Assembly (NCBI GenBank): GCA_031553885.1 | Contig: JAVBKV010000028.1 | Location: 1-25,237 of the forward strand | From: Bacteroidales bacterium | Lineage (GTDB): Bacteria > Bacteroidota > Bacteroidia > Bacteroidales > Azobacteroidaceae | Reading direction: 5' to 3' | DNA: 25,237 nt | Shown: piece by piece, positions 25,149 to 25,237 of the stretch | Numbering within the stretch: the stretch's first letter is position 1 | Layout: each line of letters starts with the position of its first letter | Translations under genes and position numbers: made by a program | Notes under the pieces: generated by a model | Database searches by the model: none | What the model saw: the letters and a program-made list of their open reading frames with translations, nothing else | What the model was told of the DNA's origin: nothing

Positions 25149-25237
25149 ATGGGACGAGTTAATACTCCAGTTCTAACATCAGCACAGCGCCAAGCGTTGG
25201 AATTGGGATTAAAACAAGGCGCAAGCCACTGTTTCCG
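25149..25237 (+). CDS. 5'-truncated ORF running off the window end (MGRVNTPVLTSAQRQALELGLKQGASHCF...), with N-terminal HTH. Possibly an IS630/Tc1-like transposase or a small DNA-binding protein.
   Basis: An ATG with a canonical upstream −7 box. The 'LTSAQRQALELGLKQG' pattern resembles the N-terminal HTH of IS630-family transposases. Only 29 codons are visible. Confidence 0.3.
   Translation, partial: MGRVNTPVLTSAQRQALELGLKQGASHCF

Overview
This 25 kb window reads as Bacteroidota (Bacteroidales-like) chromosome. The evidence is seven TAnnTTTG −7 promoter boxes just upstream of start codons, genes with no Shine–Dalgarno spacing, a T9SS C-terminal sorting domain, and GH92/GH5 glycoside hydrolases. 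Gene order runs as follows. A tightly packed minus-strand operon covers hpt, adk, obg, a UPF0597/L-cysteine-desulfidase-like gene and an HTH_42 (AlkZ/YcaQ-type) DNA glycosylase gene, and probably continues through a small outer-membrane beta-barrel gene to a hairpin terminator. Next come nnr, a secreted hypothetical, and an 812-aa four-domain CoA-disulfide-reductase–rhodanese–TusA–DsrE fusion with a small MarR gene downstream and a palindrome/direct-repeat site upstream. After those are a secreted protein possibly of the DUF5103/T9SS-plug type, an NfeD–flotillin pair, rmuC, a Kelch-repeat protein with a T9SS C-terminal domain, and a GH5 gene plus WbuC-like cupin gene convergent with a GH92 alpha-mannosidase. 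The last ~4 kb (21.3–25.2 kb) is compositionally distinct and clearly more AT-rich. It carries two adjacent paralogous P-loop ATPase–winged-helix genes, the second ending in Sel1/TPR-like repeats with a perfect 96-bp tandem duplication. Upstream of them are 28-bp-phased TTGTTGA repeats, and downstream is a truncated HTH-encoding ORF that may be a transposase N-terminus. I read this as a horizontally acquired island and the best candidate here for an undescribed (defence- or STAND-like) system. No rRNA, tRNA or CRISPR features were seen. All family assignments come from motif recognition by eye and need HMM or BLAST confirmation.
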